Position numbers and translations under genes: made by a program. Source: Escherichia coli (GTDB lineage Bacteria; Pseudomonadota; Gammaproteobacteria; Enterobacterales; Enterobacteriaceae). Taken from it: a stretch of 64,000 nucleotides of DNA. The stretch is from the NCBI RefSeq assembly GCF_024223415.1, contig NZ_CP100500.1. One strand, 5' to 3'. How positions within the stretch are numbered: position 1 is the first letter of the stretch; each line of letters opens with the position of its first letter. This document shows positions 1 to 11,563 of this stretch, piece by piece. The notes under the pieces were generated by a model. It was not told the DNA's origin. It was given only the letters and a program-made list of their open reading frames with translations, and did not search any database.

Positions 1-223
1 AGATTCAGCAACGGATACGGTTTCCCCAACTTGCCTACTTCCATACGTGTCCTCCTTACCAGAAATTTATCCTTAAGCTCCTCAATAACCATTTTCCTGC
101 TAACTAAATTCATGGTTAAGGTTGCATAATGATAGGCAACAAATGTATAACATTTTCTTTACCAAAAGAAATAAACAAAAGCGACCGACAAAAGCATCGG
201 ATTACGGCAGGAGACATAATGGC

Positions 224-1522
224 ATGGCTGAAAGTACTGTAACGGCAGACAGCAAACTGACAAGTAGTGATACACGTCGCCGCATTTGGGCGATTGTGGG
301 GGCCTCTTCAGGTAATCTGGTCGAGTGGTTCGATTTCTATGTCTACTCGTTCTGTTCACTCTACTTTGCCCACATCTTCTTCCCTTCCGGGAACACGACG
401 ACTCAACTACTACAAACAGCAGGTGTTTTTGCTGCGGGATTCCTGATGCGCCCAATAGGCGGTTGGCTATTTGGCCGCATAGCCGATAAACATGGTCGCA
501 AAAAATCGATGCTGCTATCGGTGTGTATGATGTGTTTCGGCTCACTGGTAATCGCCTGTTTGCCTGGTTATGAAACAATCGGTACGTGGGCTCCGGCATT
601 ATTGCTTCTCGCGCGTTTATTTCAGGGATTATCCGTTGGCGGAGAATATGGCACCAGCGCCACCTATATGAGTGAAGTTGCCGTTGAAGGGCGTAAAGGT
701 TTTTACGCATCATTTCAGTATGTGACGTTGATCGGCGGACAACTGCTAGCCCTACTGGTTGTCGTGGTTTTACAACACACCATGGAAGACGCTGCACTCA
801 GAGAGTGGGGATGGCGTATTCCTTTCGCGTTAGGAGCTGTGTTAGCTGTTGTGGCGTTGTGGTTACGTCGTCAGTTAGATGAAACTTCGCAACAAGAAAC
901 GCGCGCTTTAAAAGAAGCTGGATCTCTGAAAGGATTATGGCGCAATCGCCGTGCATTCATCATGGTTCTCGGTTTTACCGCTGCGGGCTCCCTTTGTTTC
1001 TATACCTTCACCACTTATATGCAGAAGTATCTGGTAAATACTGCGGGAATGCATGCCAACGTGGCGAGTGGCATTATGACTGCCGCATTGTTTGTATTCA
1101 TGCTTATTCAACCACTCATTGGCGCGCTGTCGGATAAGATTGGTCGCCGTACCTCAATGTTATGTTTCGGTTCGCTGGCAGCGATTTTTACCGTTCCTAT
1201 TCTCTCAGCATTGCAAAACGTTTCCTCGCCTTATGCCGCTTTTGGTCTGGTGATGTGTGCCCTGCTGATAGTGAGTTTTTATACATCAATCAGTGGAATA
1301 CTGAAGGCTGAGATGTTCCCGGCACAGGTTCGCGCATTAGGCGTTGGTCTGTCATATGCGGTCGCTAATGCTATATTTGGTGGTTCGGCGGAGTACGTAG
1401 CGTTGTCGCTGAAATCAATAGGAATGGAAACAGCCTTCTTCTGGTATGTGACCTTGATGGCCGTGGTGGCGTTTCTGGTTTCTTTGATGCTACATCGCAA
1501 AGGGAAGGGGATGCGTCTTTAG
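224..1522 (+). CDS. kgtP: alpha-ketoglutarate:H+ symporter (MFS)
   Basis: ORF 122..1522; translation from internal Met ([15 protein letters not shown]...) matches remembered K-12 KgtP, 432 aa; start taken at that Met. Confidence 0.92.
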
Positions 1523-1842
1523 TGACGGGTCAGTTGCCAGACGGTATAGCCGGTGCTTGCACCGGCGACATCCCAGGCCAAATCCTTCCAGCTCCAGCCG
1601 CTCCCTTCGGGGCGGCTATCCCAAAGCTCTTTTGACGCCCCCAAACTGACAGAGAACATCAATCCAAACATGGCACTGCGATCCCGGCTCATCCCCTGAT
1701 GCTGTGAATATTCATTTCCGGCGGCGGAAAGCATCGCCGAGGCGATAAAGTGTTGAGCTTTATCCTGCCCGCTCCAGCTATCGTTAGCCATATGGCTGCA
1801 TCCAGAAAGTAACAATAGCGAACAGACAAAAAGAATACGCAA
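1519..1842 (-). CDS. yfiM: DUF2279 lipoprotein YfiM
   Basis: ORF 1519..1863; lipobox LLLSGC; K-12 YfiM is 107 aa, consistent with a TTG start at 1842 ([15 protein letters not shown]...). Start uncertain. Confidence 0.75.
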
Positions 1843-1887
1843 AACGTGGCCTCCAAAAAACAAACCCCGTACAGGACGGGGTTGTGA

Positions 1888-3243
1888 TTACAGGATGCGG
1901 CTAATTAATCGGTCGATGCGGATACGGCGCAAACGGCGGATGAGTTTACGAACCTTCACCGGATAATCGGCAATACTTTGCAGATCGCGATAGTGCTTAA
2001 CGATGGTGGTATGCTCGCGGATCAGCTCCAGTTCTTTCTCTCGCTGTGGCGCAAGCTCCAGTTGCGGATCGTGGATCAAAATGGCGTTTTCCAGATCCAG
2101 ACGCCAGGCGCGCGGGTTCAGGTTATTACCGGTGATCAACATCCACTTATCATCAACCCACATCCCTTTCAGGTGATAGGTGTTGTCGTCATCTTTCCAT
2201 AACCGAACCACTAACTGGTCAGTATTGACGTAATACTGCAAACGGCTCAGGAAACGACGCAGATTGATCTCATAGAGATAAGGCAATGCGCCAATTATCT
2301 TGAAAGGTTCATCTTCCGGAATGTAGAAGTCGTTCGCGGTTTTATCACCAACAATAATTTCGACCTTTTTCCCTTCGCGCAGCAACTGGATAATATTGCG
2401 CACAAGGATTGCTGGCAGGTTGAAGTATGGCGTACAGATGGTTAGTTTCTGCTCGGCACAAGGCATAAGATGGAAAATGGTCTTGTTCAACAGACTCGAT
2501 TTCCCCAGCCCCACTAGCGGCGTTACGGAAAGCTGATCGTTGTCGGCATCGCCCTGGAAATGATAAGCGGCATCACGCAGCTCCTGGCGGAACAGACGAA
2601 TATCATTCTTGATTTCCGGGCTTTTTGGCCGATTAACATCATCCAGACGATTAACGCCGCGGCCATTCATAATATTCTGTGTAACCCATTCAAACATAAT
2701 GTCTGACATCTTACGGTTACGGATAAGATGATAACGGTCGTAGCGATATTTATCGTGCTGATGCAGGTAAACATCGTTCAGGCTGGCACCGCTATAAAGT
2801 ACGCTATCGTCGATGATAAAGCCTTTAAAGTGCAGAACGCCAAGGGCTTCACGGGTATTGATTGGAACGCCATAAACCGGAACATCTACGCCCGGATTTT
2901 CCTGCGCCATGCGGCAGTACCAGTCAGCGTTAGTGTTAGATGCCGCAGCGCCAATGCGTCCACGTTGTGCACGATGCCAGTCGACCAGCACCCGCACATC
3001 CAGTTCCGGACGCTGCCTTTTAGCTTCATACAACGCGTTCAGAATGCCTTTGCCACCGTCATCCTGTTCGAGATACAGGGCGACAATGCAAATGCGCTGC
3101 TTCGCGCTGGCTATTTTTTCCAGCAGCGTCTCCCGGAAGTCGGCGGGAGCGTAAAAGAAATCGACATCATCAACTGATTGAGAAATCTTGGGTAGTTGGG
3201 CAAGGTGTTGTTGATGTTTATTACGCTTAAATTTTGACAACAT
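1888..3243 (-). CDS. pssA: CDP-diacylglycerol--serine O-phosphatidyltransferase (phosphatidylserine synthase)
   Basis: 452-aa ORF; MLSKFKRNKHQQHLAQLPKISQ... matches remembered PssA (451 aa from second Met). Confidence 0.93.
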   Translation of the reverse strand: MLSKFKRNKHQQHLAQLPKISQSVDDVDFFYAPADFRETLLEKIASAKQRICIVALYLEQDDGGKGILNALYEAKRQRPELDVRVLVDWHRAQRGRIGAAASNTNADWYCRMAQENPGVDVPVYGVPINTREALGVLHFKGFIIDDSVLYSGASLNDVYLHQHDKYRYDRYHLIRNRKMSDIMFEWVTQNIMNGRGVNRLDDVNRPKSPEIKNDIRLFRQELRDAAYHFQGDADNDQLSVTPLVGLGKSSLLNKTIFHLMPCAEQKLTICTPYFNLPAILVRNIIQLLREGKKVEIIVGDKTANDFYIPEDEPFKIIGALPYLYEINLRRFLSRLQYYVNTDQLVVRLWKDDDNTYHLKGMWVDDKWMLITGNNLNPRAWRLDLENAILIHDPQLELAPQREKELELIREHTTIVKHYRDLQSIADYPVKVRKLIRRLRRIRIDRLISRIL

Positions 3244-3356
3244 CACAGTGCATTTCTTCTCTGTTCATTGAAGGGTCCTCTGTGCAATGCAGACGACATA
3301 AGCGGGCAATAATAACACCAGTCCCGATTAAGTGGTCAACATTTCCAGTACCTTAC

Positions 3357-6017
3357 TCATGATTCCTCGCGTTGGGCAAGATTTAGCGTAAGCCCAACGA
3401 TCCCCTCTTCGAGCTGGATATCAACGTTAAACCCGAGCTTGCGGGCCAGCGCCACCATGCCACGATTATTTGGCATCGTAATACCATTCAGACGTTGTAG
3501 TCCGTGATCTCGCGTATAGGTAATCAACTTTTCCATTAAGCGTCGACCTAAGCCTAACCCTTTGAGATCCGAGCGAACCAGCACGGCAAATTCGGCATCG
3601 ATGTTATCAGGGTCGGAGATCGCACGCGTGACGCCGAGGATCTCTTCCGTTTGATCAATACGTCGTACCGCTACAAACGCCATTTCCCGATCGTAGTCGA
3701 TCTGCGTCATGTTGGCTAAATCTTCATGGGTAAATTCGTTGATCTCGCTAAAGTAGCGGTAATAAAGATCTTCTTTGGTGACTCGCGAAATGAATTGCTG
3801 AAGTTGTGGCTCATCTTCTGGCAAAATCGGGCGGAACAAGCAGCGTTCACCGTTTTTCAATTCTACCCATTCTTCCAGCTGATGCGGATAAGGGCGCACT
3901 GCCAGCCGACTCTCGTTATCGCCTTCAAACGGCGCGATATCCAGCGTGACATCCAGCGCGTTAAATTCACTGCCAGAAGCCAGCAAAGGATGAATATCCA
4001 GACGCTGAATTTCCGGGCAATCGACAATCAAGTTGGAAACCTGCACCAGAAGCTGGCTCAAGCCTGCAACATCCAATGGGCGTAGCGCACTGCGCGCACG
4101 AATCTTTTTACTTTTGATCCCCTGAATAACCAGATAGCGGGCCAGGTTCATATTCAGCGGCGGCAGTGCGACGACGGCTTGATCTTCAGGACGCCACTCC
4201 ACACCGCCTTCACCCAGCATGATCAACGGCCCAAAAACCGGATCGTGCTCAACCACAACCCGCAACTCCTGAGCGCCAGCACGGTTAGCCATACTTTGCA
4301 CCAACAGGCCGTGGACCCGCGCCTGCGGCCAGGTCATTTTTACGCGATCGAAAATAGCGTTTGCCGCTTGCTGGACTTCATTGGCTGTACGCAGGTACAG
4401 CATGACGCCCTGAACTTCCGATTTATGTGGAATATCCGGCGAACGCAATTTCAGCGCCACCGGATAACCAATCTGTTCGGCAATATGCACCGCTTCGGTG
4501 CTATCACTGGCAATCCAGGTAGGGAGCGTGTTCATGCCATACGCTTGCAGGATGGGCTGAACTTCATGGGTATCGAGCGACGTAGCCCCTTCGGCAATCG
4601 CCTGTTGCAACAGAAGATGCGCTTTTGCGGTATTGGAAGTCAGATTGCTGGGCAACGCCGGCGTTTCGCGTAGTTGCTTCTGATTACGCCGGTACTCCAC
4701 CATATGCATAAAAGCAGTGATGGTTCCTTCCGGGGTACGGTAGGTCGGCAGCCCGGCTTCGCTGAATAAACGTCGTGCCTCTTGCGAGGAGTGCTCGCCG
4801 CACCAGTTCGTCAGCAGAGAAACATACTTGCTGCGGGGATGATGCTTTACCGCTTCAATTAATGCTTGCGCACTTTCTGTTGCGGGAGCAGCGGCGCTGG
4901 GCGAATGAATAACCATCAGCGCATCAAAATCCTGGCTATGGAGCAGAATGTCCAGCGTTTTGACATAATGCTCGCTGCTGGCGTCATCGCGCAGATCGAG
5001 CGGGTTAGAGATTGCCACATGTCCTGGCAGTGCATCGCGCAGTTTCTGGCAGGTTTCTTCGCTTAGTGTTGCCAGCTTGCCATTGCGTGACCATAAGGCA
5101 TCCAGCGCCAGCGCGGCAGGCGCAGCACCGTTGCTGATAATCATCAACCGGTCGCCACGCAGCGGGCGCATATGGCTAAGGGTTTCTACCGCCGAAAACA
5201 GTTCGTGGGTGTCCTGTACCCGCAACAAACCGGCACGCTGAATAGCCGCATCCCATGCCGGGTCCATTCCTGCCGTCGTGTTGAGCAGTCGCTGTGCCGC
5301 CGGGCTACGTCCGCTTTTAATCACCAGAATCGGTTTATTACGCGAGGCACTACGGGCCGCCGAAACAAAGCGTCGCGCGTCGCTTAACTGTTCGAGATAG
5401 AGCAGGATGGCGCTGGTTTTACTGTCGCGTGCCAGATAGTCAAGCAATTCATCAACGTCGATATCCAGGCTGTCGCCGAGCGCAATAAAGTAGGAAAAGC
5501 CCATCTCACGTTGTTGCGCCCAGTCGAGGATGGTGTTGGAGACGGCAGCCGATTGTGAAATAAACGCCAGCTTGCCGCGTTTAATAGGTACCGGCGAAAA
5601 GCTGGCATTCAGACCTTGCCAGGGAGCCAGTAAACCCAGACTGTTTGGTCCAAGCAGGCGCATGTTATGGCGCAGGGCGCAGGCGCGGAGATCTTCGTGT
5701 TGCGATGCCGGGGCGGAAAGAATAATGCAGGTTTTACAGCCTTTCTCGCCGAGCTCTTCCAGAAGAGCAAGATTACGGCTGGCATTGGTACATAAAACCG
5801 CAAGGTCGGGTGTAAAGGGCAAGCTGGCAATATCCGGCCAGGCCAACACACCCAACACCGCTTTCCAGGCTGGCGTCACCGGGAGTACCGGTCCGTTAAA
5901 GCCTCCCGCCAGCAGGTTACGCATCATCAGGTAACCTGCGCGATTGGGTTTCATCGACGCGCCAATTACCGCTATCGATTTTGGTCGCAGTAGTGCTTCC
6001 AGTCCTCGCTGACTCAT
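3357..6017 (-). CDS. patZ: protein lysine acetyltransferase (NDP-forming acyl-CoA synthetase-like + GNAT)
   Basis: 886-aa ORF; MSQRGLEALLRPKSIAVIGAS...; size and position between pssA and yfiP match PatZ/YfiQ. Confidence 0.9.
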   Translation of the reverse strand: MSQRGLEALLRPKSIAVIGASMKPNRAGYLMMRNLLAGGFNGPVLPVTPAWKAVLGVLAWPDIASLPFTPDLAVLCTNASRNLALLEELGEKGCKTCIILSAPASQHEDLRACALRHNMRLLGPNSLGLLAPWQGLNASFSPVPIKRGKLAFISQSAAVSNTILDWAQQREMGFSYFIALGDSLDIDVDELLDYLARDSKTSAILLYLEQLSDARRFVSAARSASRNKPILVIKSGRSPAAQRLLNTTAGMDPAWDAAIQRAGLLRVQDTHELFSAVETLSHMRPLRGDRLMIISNGAAPAALALDALWSRNGKLATLSEETCQKLRDALPGHVAISNPLDLRDDASSEHYVKTLDILLHSQDFDALMVIHSPSAAAPATESAQALIEAVKHHPRSKYVSLLTNWCGEHSSQEARRLFSEAGLPTYRTPEGTITAFMHMVEYRRNQKQLRETPALPSNLTSNTAKAHLLLQQAIAEGATSLDTHEVQPILQAYGMNTLPTWIASDSTEAVHIAEQIGYPVALKLRSPDIPHKSEVQGVMLYLRTANEVQQAANAIFDRVKMTWPQARVHGLLVQSMANRAGAQELRVVVEHDPVFGPLIMLGEGGVEWRPEDQAVVALPPLNMNLARYLVIQGIKSKKIRARSALRPLDVAGLSQLLVQVSNLIVDCPEIQRLDIHPLLASGSEFNALDVTLDIAPFEGDNESRLAVRPYPHQLEEWVELKNGERCLFRPILPEDEPQLQQFISRVTKEDLYYRYFSEINEFTHEDLANMTQIDYDREMAFVAVRRIDQTEEILGVTRAISDPDNIDAEFAVLVRSDLKGLGLGRRLMEKLITYTRDHGLQRLNGITMPNNRGMVALARKLGFNVDIQLEEGIVGLTLNLAQREES

Positions 6018-6048
6018 ACCGGTCTCCCGCAGAAGTGACCGAATGATT

Positions 6049-6747
6049 TTAAACGCTTTCTAACTGTTCTGCTGTGATGCTACCCAGATGTTGCGTTTTT
6101 CCTGCCAGATAGCGTGTTTTAAAGCGGGTAAAATGCTCGCCTAACCCTGCTGCCGCCCCGGTATCGCCGGCCATATCTAACAGTGCGATGGCTACCTCGG
6201 CAGTACAATATTGGCCTTCAGCCTGGGCTTCACGCAGGCGATAGGCAGAAAGCCGGGAAAGATCGACGGAAATGACGGGAAGATTATCCAGATACGGACT
6301 TTTACGAAACATCTTGCGAGCTTCCGGCCAGGTACCATCGAGCATGATAAACAGCGGTGGCTTACCGGAAGGCGGGGTGAAGATCACTTCCCGTTGCTCA
6401 TCAGCATACGAGGCTGGAAAGACCACCATTGGCTGATAATCCGGATTTTGTACCAGATCCAGCAAATCCTGCGAGGGTTCGGTACGCGACCATTGAAACG
6501 CAACGGTATCAGGTAAAATATCAGCAATCAGACGCCCGGTATTACTGGGCTTCATTGGCTCGGTGTCGAACATCAGCAAACAGAAGCGACTTTTTGCTTG
6601 TGCTGGGGTAATTGTCGAACAGAGACATAATTTCTCTGGCAAAAGACAGCGTTGGCAGCGACGAACGCGATTACCGCGGGCAAGAAAAGGACGTGTTGCG
6701 CGCGCAATACGCTCGGCGCGTAACTGGAGAACAGCGTTTTCGGTCAT
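6049..6747 (-). CDS. tapT: DTW-domain tRNA-uridine aminocarboxypropyltransferase
   Basis: ORF 6049..6798; internal start MTENAVLQLRAERIA... gives the ~232-aa YfiP/TapT; DTW motif region (FIMLDGTWPEARKM) present. Confidence 0.85.
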   Translation of the reverse strand: MTENAVLQLRAERIARATRPFLARGNRVRRCQRCLLPEKLCLCSTITPAQAKSRFCLLMFDTEPMKPSNTGRLIADILPDTVAFQWSRTEPSQDLLDLVQNPDYQPMVVFPASYADEQREVIFTPPSGKPPLFIMLDGTWPEARKMFRKSPYLDNLPVISVDLSRLSAYRLREAQAEGQYCTAEVAIALLDMAGDTGAAAGLGEHFTRFKTRYLAGKTQHLGSITAEQLESV

Positions 6748-6815
6748 AAGAGAGCGTCGAAAAAACGCCATTGTCGCAGAGGAGAATACGGGGCACAAGA
6801 TGCGCCCCGGTAAGA

Positions 6816-7235
6816 TTAAAGAGATTCGTTCAGCCAGCTATCGAACGGCGCTTTCGGTACTGCGCCATTAAGCATGTCGACAACCTGACCGTTTTTGAAA
6901 ATCATGATCGTCGGTATACTACGAATTCCAAAGCGACTGCTCAATTCACGTTCAGCTTCGGTATTCACTTTCACAAAGCGCACTTTACCGCTACGCTCTT
7001 GCGCGACATCTTCAAAAATTGGTGCGAAATTACGGCAGGGGCCGCACCACGGTGCCCAGAAGTCGATCACCACTGGTAGATCATCTTTCAGCAATTTGTC
7101 GAGCGTTTCACCGGTCGCATTAATCACCTCTCCGTCAAACAAGTCGTGACCGCAGCGTCCGCATTTTGCCGCATCTTCGATCCGATCGTCGGGAATGCGA
7201 TTGATGGCCTGACAATGGGTACAAACGGTATTCAT
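6816..7235 (-). CDS. trxC: thioredoxin 2
   Basis: 139 aa; N-terminal zinc-finger cysteines (CTHC...CGRC) plus WCGPC active site. Confidence 0.95.
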
Positions 7236-7441
7236 AACTAACCTCGGGATGAGTAAGGAGACTTATCGGCAACGACGCCGGTATGTTTCTAATATGTTAC
7301 ATATTATCGGGGACATTGTTCCAGACAACAATCTGTTTTATTCAATAGGTATGATAGTCGCAGGCTTTGGTACGAAATCATGGCGAACCGCGCGGACTTC
7401 GGGTAATCTGCGCGCTTCGCGCAGCGCTGGTGGAGAAAAGC

Positions 7442-8479
7442 ATGAACGATGAAATGAAAGGTAAAAGCGGCAAGGTCAAAGTGATGTATGTCCGCAGTGA
7501 TGATGATTCTGATAAACGTACCCACAACCCGCGTACCGGGAAAGGGGGCGGGCGTCCAGGAAAATCTCGTGCTGACGGTGGCCGTCGCCCCGCCCGCGAT
7601 GACAAACAGAGTCAGCCCCGTGACCGCAAGTGGGAAGAGTCGCCGTGGCGCACGGTTTCCCGCGCGCCGGGTGATGAAACGCCGGAAAAGGCCGATCACG
7701 GTGGCATCAGTGGTAAAAGTTTTATTGATCCAGAAGTTTTGCGTCGTCAGCGTGCGGAAGAAACCCGCGTCTACGGCGAAAATGCATGTCAGGCACTGTT
7801 CCAGAGCCGTCCGGAAGCGATTGTTCGCGCCTGGTTTATCCAGAGCGTAACGCCACGTTTTAAAGAAGCCTTGCGCTGGATGGCGGCAAACCGCAAAGCG
7901 TACCATGTGGTGGATGAAGCGGAATTGACAAAAGCGTCAGGCACGGAACATCACGGTGGCGTTTGCTTCCTGATCAAAAAGCGTAATGGCACAACCGTGC
8001 AGCAGTGGGTAAGCCAGGCAGGTGCGCAGGATTGCGTACTGGCACTGGAAAACGAATCTAACCCGCATAACCTGGGTGGCATGATGCGCAGCTGCGCGCA
8101 CTTCGGCGTGAAAGGCGTTGTGGTGCAGGATGCGGCACTGCTGGAGTCGGGTGCGGCTATCCGTACCGCAGAAGGCGGCGCAGAGCACGTTCAGCCGATT
8201 ACTGGCGACAACATTGTTAACGTGCTGGATGATTTCCGTCAGGCGGGTTACACCGTAGTGACAACTTCCAGCGAGCAGGGGAAACCGCTGTTCAAAACCA
8301 GCCTGCCAGCGAAAATGGTACTGGTGCTGGGTCAGGAATATGAAGGGTTACCGGATGCCGCACGCGATCCGAACGATCTGCGCGTGAAGATTGACGGTAC
8401 GGGCAACGTTGCCGGGCTGAATATCTCTGTCGCAACCGGCGTTTTGCTTGGTGAATGGTGGCGTCAGAATAAAGCCTGA
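7442..8479 (+). CDS. yfiF: SpoU/TrmH-family RNA methyltransferase
   Basis: ORF 7367..8479; start at [14 protein letters not shown]... gives 345 aa as in K-12 YfiF; basic low-complexity N-terminus then SpoU-like core. Confidence 0.88.
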   Translation: MNDEMKGKSGKVKVMYVRSDDDSDKRTHNPRTGKGGGRPGKSRADGGRRPARDDKQSQPRDRKWEESPWRTVSRAPGDETPEKADHGGISGKSFIDPEVLRRQRAEETRVYGENACQALFQSRPEAIVRAWFIQSVTPRFKEALRWMAANRKAYHVVDEAELTKASGTEHHGGVCFLIKKRNGTTVQQWVSQAGAQDCVLALENESNPHNLGGMMRSCAHFGVKGVVVQDAALLESGAAIRTAEGGAEHVQPITGDNIVNVLDDFRQAGYTVVTTSSEQGKPLFKTSLPAKMVLVLGQEYEGLPDAARDPNDLRVKIDGTGNVAGLNISVATGVLLGEWWRQNKA

Positions 8480-8526
8480 TAAATCAGCCGGGTGGCAACT
8501 CTGCCATCCGGCATTTTCCCGCAAAT

Positions 8527-9216
8527 TTACTCACTCTCTGCCGGTAATACTGGCATCCAGTCAATCGGCGTCTCGCCATGTTGTTCCAGCCACTGATTTG
8601 CCAGCACAAAATGGTTGCAGCCAAAGAATCCACGATGCGCCGAAAGCGGCGACGGATGCGGTGCTTTCAGTACATGATGGCGTTGCTTATCTATAATCGC
8701 CCCTTTCTTTTGCGCATGAGATCCCCACAACAAAAACACCACGCCTTCGCGATGCTGGTTAATCAGGCTGATCACTTTATCGGTGAAGGTTTCCCAGCCG
8801 AGGCTGGCGTGGGAATGCGCCTGACCTGCGCGTACCGTCAACACAGTATTGAGTAGCAGAACGCCCTGACGCGCCCAGCTTTCAAGATAACCATGATTAG
8901 GGCGGGTGAAGCCCGGAATAGTATTTTCGAGCTCTTTATACATATTCAGCAGTGACGGAGGAGTGGCGATTCCGGGGCGAACGGAAAATGCCAGCCCATG
9001 CGCCTGTCCCGGTCCGTGATAAGGATCCTGGCCGAGAATCACCACTTTAACGTCACCCAACTCGGTAAAGCGGAACGCGTTAAAGACATCTTTTTGTGGT
9101 GGATAGATAGTGACGCCGGACTGCCGCTCGCTGGCGACGGTCTGAAGGGTATTAAGAAAATAGGGTTGCTGCTTCTCTTCAGCCAGCACGTCATGCCAGG
9201 TTAATTTGTTAGCCAT
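8527..9216 (-). CDS. ung: uracil-DNA glycosylase
   Basis: 229 aa; [20 protein letters not shown]...; motifs GQDPYH and HPSPLS. Confidence 0.96.
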   Translation of the reverse strand: MANKLTWHDVLAEEKQQPYFLNTLQTVASERQSGVTIYPPQKDVFNAFRFTELGDVKVVILGQDPYHGPGQAHGLAFSVRPGIATPPSLLNMYKELENTIPGFTRPNHGYLESWARQGVLLLNTVLTVRAGQAHSHASLGWETFTDKVISLINQHREGVVFLLWGSHAQKKGAIIDKQRHHVLKAPHPSPLSAHRGFFGCNHFVLANQWLEQHGETPIDWMPVLPAESE

Positions 9217-9520
9217 CTCGCTCTCCTGCGAATCTTCAATCCGCCTAGCTTAACTGCTTCTTTCTACAGAACAAAATCATGCTCATTTTTTAGACTTAAA
9301 CGAGTGCAAAAAAATGTAAATTGGTAAAATTTCACACCCGCATAAGTTGATGTAAAACAATAAAATCCATTTACGACCACAATCGATGTGTGGTTTCTAT
9401 TGATTTAAATCAAAGAATCAAGGGTGTTTGAGGAGTATATATACACTCAAGCAACAATGGTTTTACCAATTGGCCGCGACAGGCTGAACAAATCAAATAA
9501 TTTTGCCGGGGAGGCATCAC

Positions 9521-9904
9521 ATGATTACAGGTATCCAGATTACTAAAGCCGCTAACGACGATCTGCTGAACTCTTTCTGGCTGCTGGACAGCGAAAAAGG
9601 CGAAGCGCGTTGCATCGTTGCAAAAGCAGGTTATGCAGAAGATGAAGTGGTTGCAGTAAGCAAACTGGGTGACATTGAATACCGTGAAGTTCCAGTAGAA
9701 GTGAAACCAGAAGTTCGCGTTGAAGGTGGTCAACACCTGAACGTAAACGTTCTGCGTCGTGAAACTCTGGAAGATGCAGTTAAGCATCCGGAAAAATATC
9801 CGCAGCTGACCATCCGTGTATCCGGATATGCAGTTCGCTTTAACTCTCTGACTCCGGAACAGCAGCGCGACGTTATTGCTCGTACCTTTACTGAAAGCCT
9901 GTAA
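9521..9904 (+). CDS. grcA: stress-induced alternate pyruvate formate-lyase subunit (glycyl-radical cofactor)
   Basis: ORF 9503..9904; [20 protein letters not shown]... to ...[29 protein letters not shown] matches GrcA (127 aa). Confidence 0.95.
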
Positions 9905-9926
9905 GGCTTAAGTAGCAAGTTACTAA

Positions 9927-9957
9927 GCGGAAGAGGGCGACTTCTTCCGCTTTTTTT
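9927..9957. terminator. bidirectional rho-independent terminator between grcA and eamB
   Basis: GC-rich inverted repeat (gcggaagag / cttcttccgc) followed by a T run; seen directly in sequence. Confidence 0.7.
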
Positions 9958-9959
9958 CG

Positions 9960-10547
9960 TTAATAGAAAATGCGTACCGCGCAATAGACCAGCAACAGTG
10001 CAAGCACGATATTCAACTGGCGACCATACTGGCGAAACAATCGCTGAAACAGATGCCCCGCCAGCGCCCAGCACACATTGCCAAACGTCCCAATCATCGC
10101 CAGCAAAACGCTGACGCCAACTACCCAGCTTAACGCCTGTGTTTGCGGCAGAACAAATGTCGACAGTGCCGTAACACCGTACAAAATGATTTTGACGTTC
10201 ACAAACTGCAAAGCAAAGCTGGCCCAAAAACTGATTGGTTTTGTCTGAAGCCCGTCTTCCTTTGTTGGACTGGTAGCGATTTTCCACGCCAGCCAGACAA
10301 TATATGCCGCCCCCGCCCAACTCAACAGATGCACAGCTGCCGGGTCGATAACAGCCAGTGAAAACGAAATGCCCGCACACAGCAACATGACGATTAAAAA
10401 TCCCAGACTCATCCCTGCCAGCACGCGGGTACTCTGATGAAATCCGTGCGTTGTGGCTGAGCTAAGGGCGAGAATATTGTTCGGTCCTGGCGTCATGGCG
10501 GTAATCAGGGTGTAAGTCCAAAAAGCACTTAAAAGGGTCGGTGTCAC
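9960..10547 (-). CDS. eamB: cysteine/O-acetylserine exporter (LysE/RhtB family)
   Basis: 195 aa multi-TM protein; MTPTLLSAFWTYTLITAMTPGPNNILALSS... matches EamB/YfiK. Confidence 0.9.
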   Translation of the reverse strand: MTPTLLSAFWTYTLITAMTPGPNNILALSSATTHGFHQSTRVLAGMSLGFLIVMLLCAGISFSLAVIDPAAVHLLSWAGAAYIVWLAWKIATSPTKEDGLQTKPISFWASFALQFVNVKIILYGVTALSTFVLPQTQALSWVVGVSVLLAMIGTFGNVCWALAGHLFQRLFRQYGRQLNIVLALLLVYCAVRIFY

Positions 10548-10649
10548 TTGTTATCTCCTCTGTTTTGGTAGACAGTACCCGACACGGAATATTTAAAAAA
10601 ATGAATGTTTTTACATTCTAAATTCGATATTTTCGATAGGTTTGGGGTT

Positions 10650-11531
10650 ATGGATCTGCGCCGTTTTATTACGCTTAAAACCGTGGTGGAAGAAGGTTCC
10701 TTTTTGCGAGCTTCGCAAAAATTGTGCTGCACACAATCGACGGTGACTTTTCATATTCAGCAGCTTGAGCAGGAGTTCTCAGTCCAGTTATTTGAGAAAA
10801 TTGGTCGACGAATGTGCCTTACCCGCGAAGGGAAAAAGCTGCTGCCGTACATTTATGAACTCACCAGAGTGATGGATACCCTTCGTGAGGCTGCCAAAAA
10901 GGAGTCGGATCCGGACGGGGAACTACGCGTTGTTTCGGGCGAAACGTTGCTCTCTTACCGAATGCCGCAGGTGTTGCAGCGTTTTCGGCAACGCGCCCCA
11001 AAAGTGCGTTTATCGTTGCAGTCTCTGAACTGTTACGTGATCCGTGATGCGCTATTGAATGATGAGGCCGATGTCGGGGTTTTTTATCGCGTAGGGAATG
11101 ATGATGCCCTGAACCGACGAGAATTGGGTGAGCAATCGCTGGTGCTGGTAGCTTCACCGCAAATTGCAGATGTCGATTTTACTGAGCCGGGAAGACATAA
11201 CGCCTGTAGCTTTATTATCAACGAACCGCAATGTGTATTCCGGCAGATATTTGAGAGCACGCTGCGCCAGCGGCGGATCACGGTGGAAAATACCATTGAG
11301 CTGTTAAGCATTGAAAGTATCAAACGTTGTGTCGCGGCGAATATCGGTGTCAGTTACTTGCCCCGCTTTGCGGTGGAAAAAGAGCTTGAGAGCGGAGAAT
11401 TAATTGAATTGCCTTTTGGCGAACACTCGCAGACCATTACGGCAATGTGCGCTTACCATGCCGGAAAAGCGGTTAGCCCGGCGATGCACACTTTTATTCA
11501 GTGTGTTGAAGATTGTTTTTTGCCGGGATAA
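10650..11531 (+). CDS. yfiE: LysR-family transcriptional regulator
   Basis: ORF 10605..11531; start MDLRRFITLKTVVEEGSFLRASQKL... (LysR HTH) gives ~293 aa; divergent from eamB. Confidence 0.88.
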   Translation: MDLRRFITLKTVVEEGSFLRASQKLCCTQSTVTFHIQQLEQEFSVQLFEKIGRRMCLTREGKKLLPYIYELTRVMDTLREAAKKESDPDGELRVVSGETLLSYRMPQVLQRFRQRAPKVRLSLQSLNCYVIRDALLNDEADVGVFYRVGNDDALNRRELGEQSLVLVASPQIADVDFTEPGRHNACSFIINEPQCVFRQIFESTLRQRRITVENTIELLSIESIKRCVAANIGVSYLPRFAVEKELESGELIELPFGEHSQTITAMCAYHAGKAVSPAMHTFIQCVEDCFLPG

Positions 11532-11535
11532 AAAT

Positions 11536-11559
11536 AATGCCGGGCTTAAACCCGGCATT
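11536..11559. terminator. hairpin terminator between yfiE and srmB
   Basis: Inverted repeat aatgccggg...cccggcatt with a T-rich flank on the srmB strand. Confidence 0.55.
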
Positions 11560-11563
11560 GAGA

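Noticed and set aside
159-797. 212-aa minus-strand ORF inside kgtP
   Set aside because: Lies antisense within a confidently identified conserved gene; shadow ORF with no independent support.
3726-5934. Several 60-160-aa plus-strand ORFs inside patZ
   Set aside because: All antisense to the 886-aa patZ reading frame; typical GC-rich shadow frames.
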